From positions 1 through 64,000 of IMG/VR virus record IMGVR_UViG_3300029288_000149: a DNA stretch of 64,000 nt; one strand, written 5' to 3'. Below, one piece after another: positions 18,966 to 27,880 of the stretch. Made by a program: the position numbers and the translations under genes. Position 1 is the first letter of the stretch. Each line of letters begins with the position of its first letter. Under the pieces are notes generated by a model. That model did no database searches and had not been told where the DNA came from. It saw nothing but the letters and a program-made list of their open reading frames with translations. This DNA comes from a virus. Lineage: Duplodnaviria > Caudoviricetes.

Positions 18966-19877
18966 TTACAACATCATTTTTAGTTTCGAACCAAAGGAGT
19001 AAGGTAATTCCTCATAAACACCACCATCAGCAGGATCACGCTCGTCTTTAAATTTCCACAACTTGACAGACTTACCACCCTTGTACAGACTGTCAGCAAC
19101 AGACACAGCGAATTTACCTGCACCATAATCGAGTGCTATAATAAAGTCCTTTACAGGAGACTCCAGGAGCCTCTGTAGTTTCTCATAAGGTAATTCCTTA
19201 CCTATTAACGCTACAGCATTCCTACCGACCGCCATAGCACTGAATGCACCCTCACAAATAACAACCTCGTCGTACAATTCCAAAGCTGCTGAGTTAAATA
19301 AGTAATATCTAGCTTCGGACTTAGGATTTAAGTACTTAGGCTCCAACCAACTGGGTATAGCTCTTGCTTGATAATAACCATCTTCAATTGGTATAACTGC
19401 TCTCATAGGCAAAGTCGCGATACAAATACCTATATTGTAGAATTCCCAATCTTCCTTTGTGAATCCTCTCACTTTCGACATGTACCTAATTGCCTGTCTT
19501 GCAGCATGTGAGTCTGAATCTCCAAGAAGTGTAAAATCTTCAGGAAGTTTCAAATCTTCTTTATTGTGTGTAATCGGCTTCTTCTGTAATTCCTTAATCA
19601 ACGTGTCTGTTATGTCATGTCTTATCTTCGGCACAACATACAATTCACTTAATGCTTTAACATAACTACAACCCAGTACATCCATAACGAACGTTATCCA
19701 ACTACCTCCATAACCACACTTGAAGCAGTGAACAACATTCTTTACTATGCTGACGTGCATATGCAACTTATTGTTTGACACACAGAATGGACAACTTATC
19801 TGCAAATCAGTAACAGGATTACCATAATCCTTGGCTTCTGGATAATTATTGTAAATAAATCTGGTTATGTCAAACAT
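18966..19877 (-). CDS. DNA primase (zinc-binding domain + TOPRIM)
   Basis: CPFC...H..C.KC zinc finger; ICEGAFSA and IALDYG TOPRIM motifs. Confidence 0.88.
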   Translation of the reverse strand: MFDITRFIYNNYPEAKDYGNPVTDLQISCPFCVSNNKLHMHVSIVKNVVHCFKCGYGGSWITFVMDVLGCSYVKALSELYVVPKIRHDITDTLIKELQKKPITHNKEDLKLPEDFTLLGDSDSHAARQAIRYMSKVRGFTKEDWEFYNIGICIATLPMRAVIPIEDGYYQARAIPSWLEPKYLNPKSEARYYLFNSAALELYDEVVICEGAFSAMAVGRNAVALIGKELPYEKLQRLLESPVKDFIIALDYGAGKFAVSVADSLYKGGKSVKLWKFKDERDPADGGVYEELPYSFGSKLKMML

Positions 19878-21147
19878 CTGTCTCTTTGTCCTTATTCTTC
19901 GACAAACCAGTTGTTATGATAGCCTGAGACTTACCATAATATTTCGCATCAAACATCATCTTCTTATTACCATCACGAACCTTTGCCATAAACAGTCTGC
20001 AAGCATTCAACTGTTCTTCATCACGAGTCTGACACAAAGCAACAATTACGTCAGCAATAGCAGCCTTGCCGATATCTTCTGCAATATCTTGGATGGTAAT
20101 AACTTCCTTTGACAATGAACTTCTACCAGATTGTGAAGCACCCCAAACTGGTACATCGTACTTGGTGCCAAGGTCTCTGAATTCCTTGTAAACCTCTGAT
20201 AACTCAAATCTTCTCTCAGTATATTTCCTCGTAGAAGCTACCAAATCAGGATAATCGTCTATTATTAGATCAAATTTGAATCCCTCGTCAATAAGTCTCT
20301 CAAGTTGAGAATCAATTCTGTCAATATTAGAACTGCTCATACCGATAACTTTTATTTTACCAGTGAGGATGTGTGAGGCTGCCTTCTTCAGAGACAGTTC
20401 ATAATCTTCAAGGTCACCATCACGTGATGGAAATTTGAACAGTGTGCGAGCAGCATACCTCTTCGCAGTAATTTCCTGACTCATCTCGTGTGTGAAATGC
20501 ACAACATTACAATTTGAACCTATGGAAGCTGCTCCAAAGCCAATATTGATAAGACTCATAGACTTACCTGCATTCATAGGAGCGAGCATTATTCCTAATT
20601 CTCCTGCTCCTAAACCACCTTCAAGTAAAGAGTCTATATGGTACCAACCAGTTCTAACTTTATGTGTCCATAATTCATACAACCACTTATCAATATCCTT
20701 TATCACTTCCAAACCAGTATTCTGTATACTTTCACCAACACGTAAGGCTTCTTTAATCCTGACTATTGTGTTTTGTAAATTACCTTTAGCAATATCATCA
20801 ACAGAATCCAAAATTGCTATCTTAGCAGCCTGTTCTCTTGCCCACTGTAGTGCTTTATCACCTGCTAACCTCTTCTCTTGTGATGGAATTGCATACAAAT
20901 ACTCGAGAAACTCGACGTAACCGTCACCTAATAAAGTCGTCAAGTCGTTCATACTTGTAGGACACATCTTGTAATCTGTCCAATATTTTACAATAACTTT
21001 TGCAACAGCTTCCTCATCGTCCTTCTCAAAGAATTCAGGTCTTATTACAGTTGTACCATATTGACTCATCCAATATCTGTCAAGCATGAGACTTAATATC
21101 TTTAATCTGAATTCTCTATCGAATGGATATATGTCTACTTCCGGCAT
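19870..21147 (-). CDS. Replicative DnaB-like helicase
   Basis: Walker A APMNAGKS, THEM, IIDDYPDL, WGASQS and AEDIGKAAIAD. ATG 21147 follows GGGAG. Confidence 0.9.
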   Translation of the reverse strand: MPEVDIYPFDREFRLKILSLMLDRYWMSQYGTTVIRPEFFEKDDEEAVAKVIVKYWTDYKMCPTSMNDLTTLLGDGYVEFLEYLYAIPSQEKRLAGDKALQWAREQAAKIAILDSVDDIAKGNLQNTIVRIKEALRVGESIQNTGLEVIKDIDKWLYELWTHKVRTGWYHIDSLLEGGLGAGELGIMLAPMNAGKSMSLINIGFGAASIGSNCNVVHFTHEMSQEITAKRYAARTLFKFPSRDGDLEDYELSLKKAASHILTGKIKVIGMSSSNIDRIDSQLERLIDEGFKFDLIIDDYPDLVASTRKYTERRFELSEVYKEFRDLGTKYDVPVWGASQSGRSSLSKEVITIQDIAEDIGKAAIADVIVALCQTRDEEQLNACRLFMAKVRDGNKKMMFDAKYYGKSQAIITTGLSKNKDKETDV

Positions 21148-21731
21148 TGCAATCTCCCTATAAGCGCATTGTAATCTTTGACAGGTTTGATTCCATATTC
21201 TCCACACAATATTTCAGTAACTTCAGCACTTGGTCGTTCTTCTTTATCACAATTCAACCAGTGTTTACTCAAGAGTGGTTTCAAATCCTTTACAATTTCA
21301 GTCATCCTGCATACTTCCTTCAAATTACTGTCTACATATTTCCTTGCGACTAGTAATTCGGACTGTAATATTTCTGTCTTAATATCATCATCTACGTCAG
21401 GCACACTTACATAATCACTCTTATTAATAGTCTGAAACTTCTTGAGTGCCCAATCTCCACAAAATACATTTATTGGTATCCGATAAAATTTCTTCTCCTT
21501 CAACCACTTCTCTAATAGCTTTACAACAGTTTGTGCATAATCACGATAACCTATGTTCAATTCTCGTAAATCGTCCATAAACGTCTCAAACACAGCATAT
21601 TCACCAGGACGTATAAAGCACTTCCTGCTAAGAATCTGTTTGTGTGCAGATTCATAATGAGAGGCAAGAGCTGGTTTATTTGACAACGATTGTCTCGAAT
21701 TTCTCAGAGGCATAAGTATCTGCCCTTTCAT
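21135..21731 (-). CDS. Hypothetical replication-associated protein (start uncertain)
   Basis: ORF between the SF2 helicase and DnaB; possibly a loader or initiator. Confidence 0.55.
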   Translation of the reverse strand: MKGQILMPLRNSRQSLSNKPALASHYESAHKQILSRKCFIRPGEYAVFETFMDDLRELNIGYRDYAQTVVKLLEKWLKEKKFYRIPINVFCGDWALKKFQTINKSDYVSVPDVDDDIKTEILQSELLVARKYVDSNLKEVCRMTEIVKDLKPLLSKHWLNCDKEERPSAEVTEILCGEYGIKPVKDYNALIGRLQCRK

Positions 21732-23022
21732 GAGAATGTTCTAATAAGTACATATTTGTATCATCAAGAAAGTCATGAACAGTAAGAATATTCTCCTTAT
21801 CTTCCTTCTTACGTAATCCTCTGCCAATACGTTGCAGCAACTTAACATGACTTTTACCACCTGCAGCCAGGACAATTGTGTCAACTGCTGGGACATCTAT
21901 TCCTTCATCGTAAATTGGGGTAGCTATGAAAACTCCCGGATCACCAGTTCTCATCCTGTCAAGCACAGAATTTCTGTATTCAGCTTCATCATTACCAGAC
22001 ACAAATACAGAATTTGGTAATAAGTCTGTCAATATCTTACCGTGCTCTATACGATTGACAAGTATGAGTACCAAACCCTTTGACTCTTTAGCTAACTTTG
22101 TAATCAATTTGTTACGAACCTCACCATTAACAATAAGTTTGTCGTAAGCAGATTGGTAATCCAACTCCCATTCGTCAACGTCATAAGATTCAACAACGTG
22201 CACATAAACTTTTGGAACTGCAGAGTAACCCTCTTTTACGAGAAATGCATTGGAAGTTGTGCAGAGTATGTCACCAGTAGCTGCTGCTAGTTTCATGTCA
22301 GCCAATACTTCATACTTCAATGGTGTACCACTAAATCCATATCTGTAACTTCCAGGAATCTTGAACATAATGTCCATCATCTGATTACTTGACAGGTGGT
22401 GACACTCATCACTTATCACAACCTGATTACCGGTAAAATCAATCTTCTTATCTCTTGCTAAAGTCTGTATCATAGCAACAGTTATGTTCTTCTTAGACTT
22501 TACACCATCACCATAAATTCCCACCTTACATCCAAGACGCTTCTCCAAACGTCTAGCAGTCTGGTACATCAACTCTTTACGGTGTACAATAACCACAGTT
22601 TGAGGTAAATACAATGACCACAATATCGCAGCCACAACTTCTGTCTTACCAGAATTCGTAGCCATTCCTGCTACACCTCTGCGGTAATTCGTCATTGTCT
22701 CAGCAGCCTCATGTTGGTAATCTCTGAGTTTTATTCCATGTAACGAATCTACTAGGATGTGTCTGTGTGGAAGTACAACCGTATTATCTATGACATTTAC
22801 TTCCCAACCAGCTTTCTCCAATCCATTCACTACAAGTGATAATAAACCTGTAGGAAATTCTTTCAAACCTCTCATAAGAGATATGTAACCGTCCCACATA
22901 CCAGACCTGTACTTCGGCATGTGATAAAACCCTTCAGGTCTAGCTCTGCAAATTTGTCTGATAATTGGTAATGCTTTCATTTCAGGAGTTGTTGAGTAAC
23001 GATCACCTACTATTATGTCCAT
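21676..23022 (-). CDS. SF2 DExH helicase (UvsW-like)
   Basis: LRDYQ, ATNSGKT, DECHH, SGTP, EGIDVP and QRIGRGLR. Confidence 0.92.
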   Translation of the reverse strand: MDIIVGDRYSTTPEMKALPIIRQICRARPEGFYHMPKYRSGMWDGYISLMRGLKEFPTGLLSLVVNGLEKAGWEVNVIDNTVVLPHRHILVDSLHGIKLRDYQHEAAETMTNYRRGVAGMATNSGKTEVVAAILWSLYLPQTVVIVHRKELMYQTARRLEKRLGCKVGIYGDGVKSKKNITVAMIQTLARDKKIDFTGNQVVISDECHHLSSNQMMDIMFKIPGSYRYGFSGTPLKYEVLADMKLAAATGDILCTTSNAFLVKEGYSAVPKVYVHVVESYDVDEWELDYQSAYDKLIVNGEVRNKLITKLAKESKGLVLILVNRIEHGKILTDLLPNSVFVSGNDEAEYRNSVLDRMRTGDPGVFIATPIYDEGIDVPAVDTIVLAAGGKSHVKLLQRIGRGLRKKEDKENILTVHDFLDDTNMYLLEHSHERADTYASEKFETIVVK

Positions 23023-23216
23023 TGTCTCTCTTCAGACAGCATTGCAGATATAATCTGCATAATAGAATTTATTGTCGGTATTCGAGTAGTCAGTTGGATA
23101 ATATAGGCTGACAATGACCTATAAGCTGTGAACCAGGAGGATCAGAAATCCAACTGACTGTTCGAACACTGACTAATAATGTAAATGTTCACATAATATA
23201 ACTTGTGACTCAAAAG

Positions 23217-23714
23217 TTATGTAGAGGCGACCTTTCTTACCATCATCCTCACTAACATGTCATCAGCAGCTGCTGCAATTACAGCTTTGTCATATATCCT
23301 TACCGTATAACCAGGTAATAATATAAGACCATTCGGTATTGGATTCGCAAGATGTGATGTATCTCTGAATGCAGTCATGTCTGGCAATCCAACGGCAAAG
23401 TTGTAATTTCTTGTCAAACTAGCAGCTTGTACAATACCTGCCATAATTCTCTGAATGACATTCGTACCGTCTGTCAATTCAATACACAATTGCCTATTAC
23501 CAGCATCAGCAGACGATGTGTAATCAACTCGTATTGACAATATCTCCCACGTAAATCCAGCAGGTACAGTAAATGTCTTGTCAGAATCATCTTCTGTAAC
23601 ATCTGACTGTTGCTCAATAACACCAGCAGGTACTACAATCTGCTGACCTGCTGAGTTGACAAGTAAGGCATAATAAATTCCACTACCATCCTTTGCAGTA
23701 TTTCCAGAAGCCAT
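23217..23714 (-). CDS. Putative minor virion protein
   Basis: Beta-rich 165-aa ORF at the end of the tail operon. Confidence 0.5.
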   Translation of the reverse strand: MASGNTAKDGSGIYYALLVNSAGQQIVVPAGVIEQQSDVTEDDSDKTFTVPAGFTWEILSIRVDYTSSADAGNRQLCIELTDGTNVIQRIMAGIVQAASLTRNYNFAVGLPDMTAFRDTSHLANPIPNGLILLPGYTVRIYDKAVIAAAADDMLVRMMVRKVAST

Positions 23715-23717
23715 AAC

Positions 23718-24557
23718 TCACACTCCTCCTACAACATGTCGTGTAAATTCTATATCAAATTCATTCTCAAGTGCTCCTAAAGCATTCTGAAGTGTTGTAT
23801 CATTTATTGTGTATAATGGTCTTATGTCTAATACAATATCAGATTCATTCAGAAGAGTAGCAGTAGAAGACAATTTCACATAAGCTAGTGGTAATATATT
23901 CAAAGGCACATCCGGATAAACTATTGAAGTCTCAATAACAGCTGCTGTGCCTACAACAGAAGCTACAGCATTTGTAATCGGATTGAGATATATTAATATA
24001 CCAACATAACCACCAGCTGGTTTGTATGCAGTCAAATCATAATCATCTTCACCTTCATAATAAGCAAGTTTACTCCCAACTATATAAAATCCTTGTACAA
24101 TATCTACCTTCAGGTCTCCCAATTTGGCAGGGTACACACGTAATGGTATCAATGCTCTTGGATAAATTGATATTGCATCAGCACCTGGATATGTATCTTG
24201 CCATTCATGAGAAGTTGCATGATTGTAAACAGTTGGAGAATTTTGAACAGGAGATTCTGATGTCATGGGAGTTATATCCCAATCCATACTGATTACCATT
24301 GTTCTGAAAGGATTACCATATTCTGATGACACTAGTACATTCAAACCAACAAGACGTTTCACTGAAGTATTAAAGACTTGGAATACAGCACCACTCGAGC
24401 CTTGTTCTTGTACCCAAATGTAACCAGGTCTGTTCTTTACAGCACAATCATTCGGATAATCTATCCCTACAGTAACACAACGTAATACTGACACCTTTGG
24501 TTGTAACTTGGAGTCTCGTTCTCTTCTACTGCGTAAGATATCTCTTATATTCTTCAT
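23718..24557 (-). CDS. Putative tail/baseplate protein
   Basis: ATG 24557 overlaps the upstream stop (ATGA); follows the large tail protein. Confidence 0.55.
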   Translation of the reverse strand: MKNIRDILRSRRERDSKLQPKVSVLRCVTVGIDYPNDCAVKNRPGYIWVQEQGSSGAVFQVFNTSVKRLVGLNVLVSSEYGNPFRTMVISMDWDITPMTSESPVQNSPTVYNHATSHEWQDTYPGADAISIYPRALIPLRVYPAKLGDLKVDIVQGFYIVGSKLAYYEGEDDYDLTAYKPAGGYVGILIYLNPITNAVASVVGTAAVIETSIVYPDVPLNILPLAYVKLSSTATLLNESDIVLDIRPLYTINDTTLQNALGALENEFDIEFTRHVVGGV

Positions 24558-27442
24558 GAGTGTGAACACACATTCCACAATAATAATGAGTCAATGGTTA
24601 TTTTAGGTACTATGGGAGTAAGCCATGAAAATTGAGTTACCCAGGCTTCATTTATGTTAGTAAAATATACTCTATATCTTAATTGCCATTTATCGTACAA
24701 ACTGCCGTGTGATGGATACTTAATTTTTGTGCTGAATTGGTCAGTATCATTAGTAATAACTACTAATCCCCAAGGAGTCTTAGCTTCCATATAATGTGAT
24801 ACAAGTCCTTCTTCTGAATTTTGTAGAATTGTCACCCAATTGAACCAAGCAGGATATTTCGTCAAATTCCATACAGAAGACAAAGTCACATTACTGTTAA
24901 CACTATAAATCCAAGGAGGATTAGCAACACCACAAGACAATTTATCCAATTGTTGTACTAAACCACCATCTGCATTCTCTATGTAAGTATATTCACCAAA
25001 ACTTGTCGAGTACGGATATACTGCAGGGTACCACCCGTCATTATCATTTAATGTGTGTGCATGACTAGCTAATGTAGGCACCTCACAAACAAATTCTATC
25101 GCAGATATATCAACACCAGCAGCCACATTGAAGCGACCAGTACGCTGATAACCACTCCCAACGACAGGATCTTTTACTCCTGTTGCAACTCTTGTACCAG
25201 TAGCATCTAACGCATAAATCTCGTAAAAGTCATCATCTGTAGTTATCTCGTATTCACCAGTATCGTCGTCTACGTCATAGAAATAACCATTAAGTGTGTA
25301 CCTTGTATAATTTGTATAATTCGTACCTCGTAAGAAGAAGCTAATTGGTATTATAGTACTACCTCCTGGAGCTTCTCCAGAGTATACAAAATAAGGACCA
25401 TTTGGTGAGTATGCTAAATTTGTACGACACAATGCACTTATAGCAGGTATAGTAGCTGGAGACGGCACAATGGTAGTAGGAGAACCTCCAGGATAATTTG
25501 GATATGGTTGCATTGGTACAATTGGGTATATTGGTGGAATATTCGGAACATAAGGTATCGCAGGTGTGTATGCAGGTATTGGAGAGTATGGAGTTTCGGG
25601 TTCCTCAGTATACTCTACTGTTATGCCGTCCAGAGAGTCAACATCGACTTCAAATATGCATAAAGGATATATTGTCCCTGATGTAATTGAAACTCTGTAA
25701 GTGACCTCCCTGCACAACATACGGACATCTATGTCTATGCCTCTACGAGTATAAGAGGCAGGGATTGTTAATGTGTACCAAACTTTTGGTGATAATGTAA
25801 TTGGATAATCACCAACAAAAGATAATCCGATTTCAGATATCTCAGAATTTGCTATTGCATATAATCTACCAACTAAAGTATTCAATTGTGATTGACTATA
25901 CAAAACAAGTCTCTCAACATTTATTATGTCATTACCAACATTATTCGGAATAACACCAGGAGATTGTGCTATAAGAGGAGTAAATGTGCCTGAAATATTA
26001 GCAACTCCAGATGCAGACACCAATGCTGCTTTAGGATCTTTATTTCTGTCAATTCGTAAACCCTCTTCAAGTCTCCAATCTTGTGTAGTAATGTCAAAGT
26101 ACGTTTCCAAGGCATCTCTAGTAGTGTCATCAAGTATAAGAGAATCTATGTCGAGATGCACACCACTTACTTGATCACAATACAATTTAGCAAATATACC
26201 ATTTTCGTATACCCAATCTGTCAATGTAAACAAATTACCATCTGTCATATCATCACAAGCTGTCATTGTATACAAATTTTCAGTAGGTAAGAATACATCT
26301 GCAATTTCAAATAATGTACTGTGCCATTTCCATAAATGGTGTACTGCTCTAGCTACTGTTAATGTATTGTAAGGAAATTGATACCACGTCACTGCAAGAC
26401 TTCCAGAAGGTACTGCCTCAAGAGACAATGAAAACATTCTCATATTCTTCATAAGAGCATCAATCGTTCCAATATCGAACGACACTTCATTGGCAGTAAC
26501 TGTTCTTTGTATAGATTCAGAAAGGATATAACCAACAAACCTTACCTCATTGAAAGCACCAATATTCTGTTTTGTATTATTATACCAATTCTCACTCCAA
26601 ATTACAACAAGTGCACCATCTTCTATGTCTTCAATATTAGCAGCTTCCTTCAATATTGTACTCAAAGTACATCCACCAGAAGACCAACTACAATCAATTG
26701 ATTCCAATGTAAAATTCAAATGAGGAGAATCTGCACCGGTTCTAGTGTGTACAAAGAATATTCTGTATGTGCTTTGACTAGAATCCATACTGTCAGTTAC
26801 AGTCAATTTTACAATATGCTGACCAGCAGCCGTAAATGTTATTGTTGTTGTCTCACTTGTTGCAGAATCTATCACACCAGTATCACATGACCACAAATAA
26901 GTCATTGTAGCAGATGCTCCATGTGCTATTGGATATGAATCACTGCAATCCAAATCGAATGTAATACTACCACCATCTAAGAATCCTGCTCTGTGTGATC
27001 CTGCTATAGCTACAGGTGGTATACGTATATTCTGATCAGAATATGCTATGTCATAATCTTTGTAAAATCTGTAATCGTCAGCAGCATCTATGTATGGAAA
27101 TATAGTCCACAACTCGTACTGTCTGTAAACTTCGATTGTATAGCTTACACTCCATGACACAACATTCTCATCCAATTTCAATATCTGTCCTACCCTAGAA
27201 CGATATCTACGTTTACAAACTAAATTACCATCAGCGTCCTTTACTTTAACTGTAAATCCTTCTTCAATATCCGCAATGTCACCAGATATATCTGTGACAG
27301 TTATCTCTCTTGCACCATAAGCTGGAGTACCTGCAACTTGTCCAGTGTATACCAATTCAGGCTTGAATATTGACATATAAAATGTTGACTTATGAGGATG
27401 TGATCGTAATGCAACCAAATCAGCAGGTGATAATACTGTCAT
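24554..27442 (-). CDS. Large tail hub/Tal-like protein with PKD/Ig-like domain and Pro-rich linker
   Basis: 962 aa, second gene after the tape measure; PKD-like ...TITFTAAGQHIVKLTVTDS; PxY/PxI-rich linker. Confidence 0.65.
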   Translation of the reverse strand: MTVLSPADLVALRSHPHKSTFYMSIFKPELVYTGQVAGTPAYGAREITVTDISGDIADIEEGFTVKVKDADGNLVCKRRYRSRVGQILKLDENVVSWSVSYTIEVYRQYELWTIFPYIDAADDYRFYKDYDIAYSDQNIRIPPVAIAGSHRAGFLDGGSITFDLDCSDSYPIAHGASATMTYLWSCDTGVIDSATSETTTITFTAAGQHIVKLTVTDSMDSSQSTYRIFFVHTRTGADSPHLNFTLESIDCSWSSGGCTLSTILKEAANIEDIEDGALVVIWSENWYNNTKQNIGAFNEVRFVGYILSESIQRTVTANEVSFDIGTIDALMKNMRMFSLSLEAVPSGSLAVTWYQFPYNTLTVARAVHHLWKWHSTLFEIADVFLPTENLYTMTACDDMTDGNLFTLTDWVYENGIFAKLYCDQVSGVHLDIDSLILDDTTRDALETYFDITTQDWRLEEGLRIDRNKDPKAALVSASGVANISGTFTPLIAQSPGVIPNNVGNDIINVERLVLYSQSQLNTLVGRLYAIANSEISEIGLSFVGDYPITLSPKVWYTLTIPASYTRRGIDIDVRMLCREVTYRVSITSGTIYPLCIFEVDVDSLDGITVEYTEEPETPYSPIPAYTPAIPYVPNIPPIYPIVPMQPYPNYPGGSPTTIVPSPATIPAISALCRTNLAYSPNGPYFVYSGEAPGGSTIIPISFFLRGTNYTNYTRYTLNGYFYDVDDDTGEYEITTDDDFYEIYALDATGTRVATGVKDPVVGSGYQRTGRFNVAAGVDISAIEFVCEVPTLASHAHTLNDNDGWYPAVYPYSTSFGEYTYIENADGGLVQQLDKLSCGVANPPWIYSVNSNVTLSSVWNLTKYPAWFNWVTILQNSEEGLVSHYMEAKTPWGLVVITNDTDQFSTKIKYPSHGSLYDKWQLRYRVYFTNINEAWVTQFSWLTPIVPKITIDSLLLWNVCSHS

Positions 27443-27879
27443 AGATAACCTGCTACTTCTACTAAATTGACAAATTGTAATTTAACAGACTGCATTGCAT
27501 AAGGAGACCTTACGATAGGATTACCATCCTGTCCGAATAATAATGGCTTCCACATAACAGCACTAAATACTTTGAATGCATTAGCAGCCACAGCGTGTGT
27601 GCCATCTCTTATGTCAGTTCTAATATAGAGATTGACATAATCTGCACCTTCAAGATACTCCAATAATTTTGACAGTCTGTCTATAGATATGACATCCCAA
27701 ATCCACGCAGCTATCGAATATCCATCACCAACTCTCGACATGTCAGCTCTTATTGTATAAACTGAAGCAGCCTGATACGTAACTTGGTCTGGAGCAGCAA
27801 GTCCTAAATTCTTCAGTGTAGTCAATTTACTAGGATCTGTGCCTATTTTGTAAAGTGTATCAACTTGATAATTTCTCAT
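27439..27879 (-). CDS. Distal tail (Dit)-like protein
   Basis: Small gene immediately after the tape measure; assignment by synteny. Confidence 0.5.
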   Translation of the reverse strand: MRNYQVDTLYKIGTDPSKLTTLKNLGLAAPDQVTYQAASVYTIRADMSRVGDGYSIAAWIWDVISIDRLSKLLEYLEGADYVNLYIRTDIRDGTHAVAANAFKVFSAVMWKPLLFGQDGNPIVRSPYAMQSVKLQFVNLVEVAGYL

Positions 27880-27880
27880 T

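Noticed and set aside
9854-23022. Inteins, introns or homing endonucleases in polA, the helicases or primase (also checked terL)
   Set aside because: Protein lengths are normal, motifs are contiguous, and there are no intein termini or LAGLIDADG/HNH motifs.
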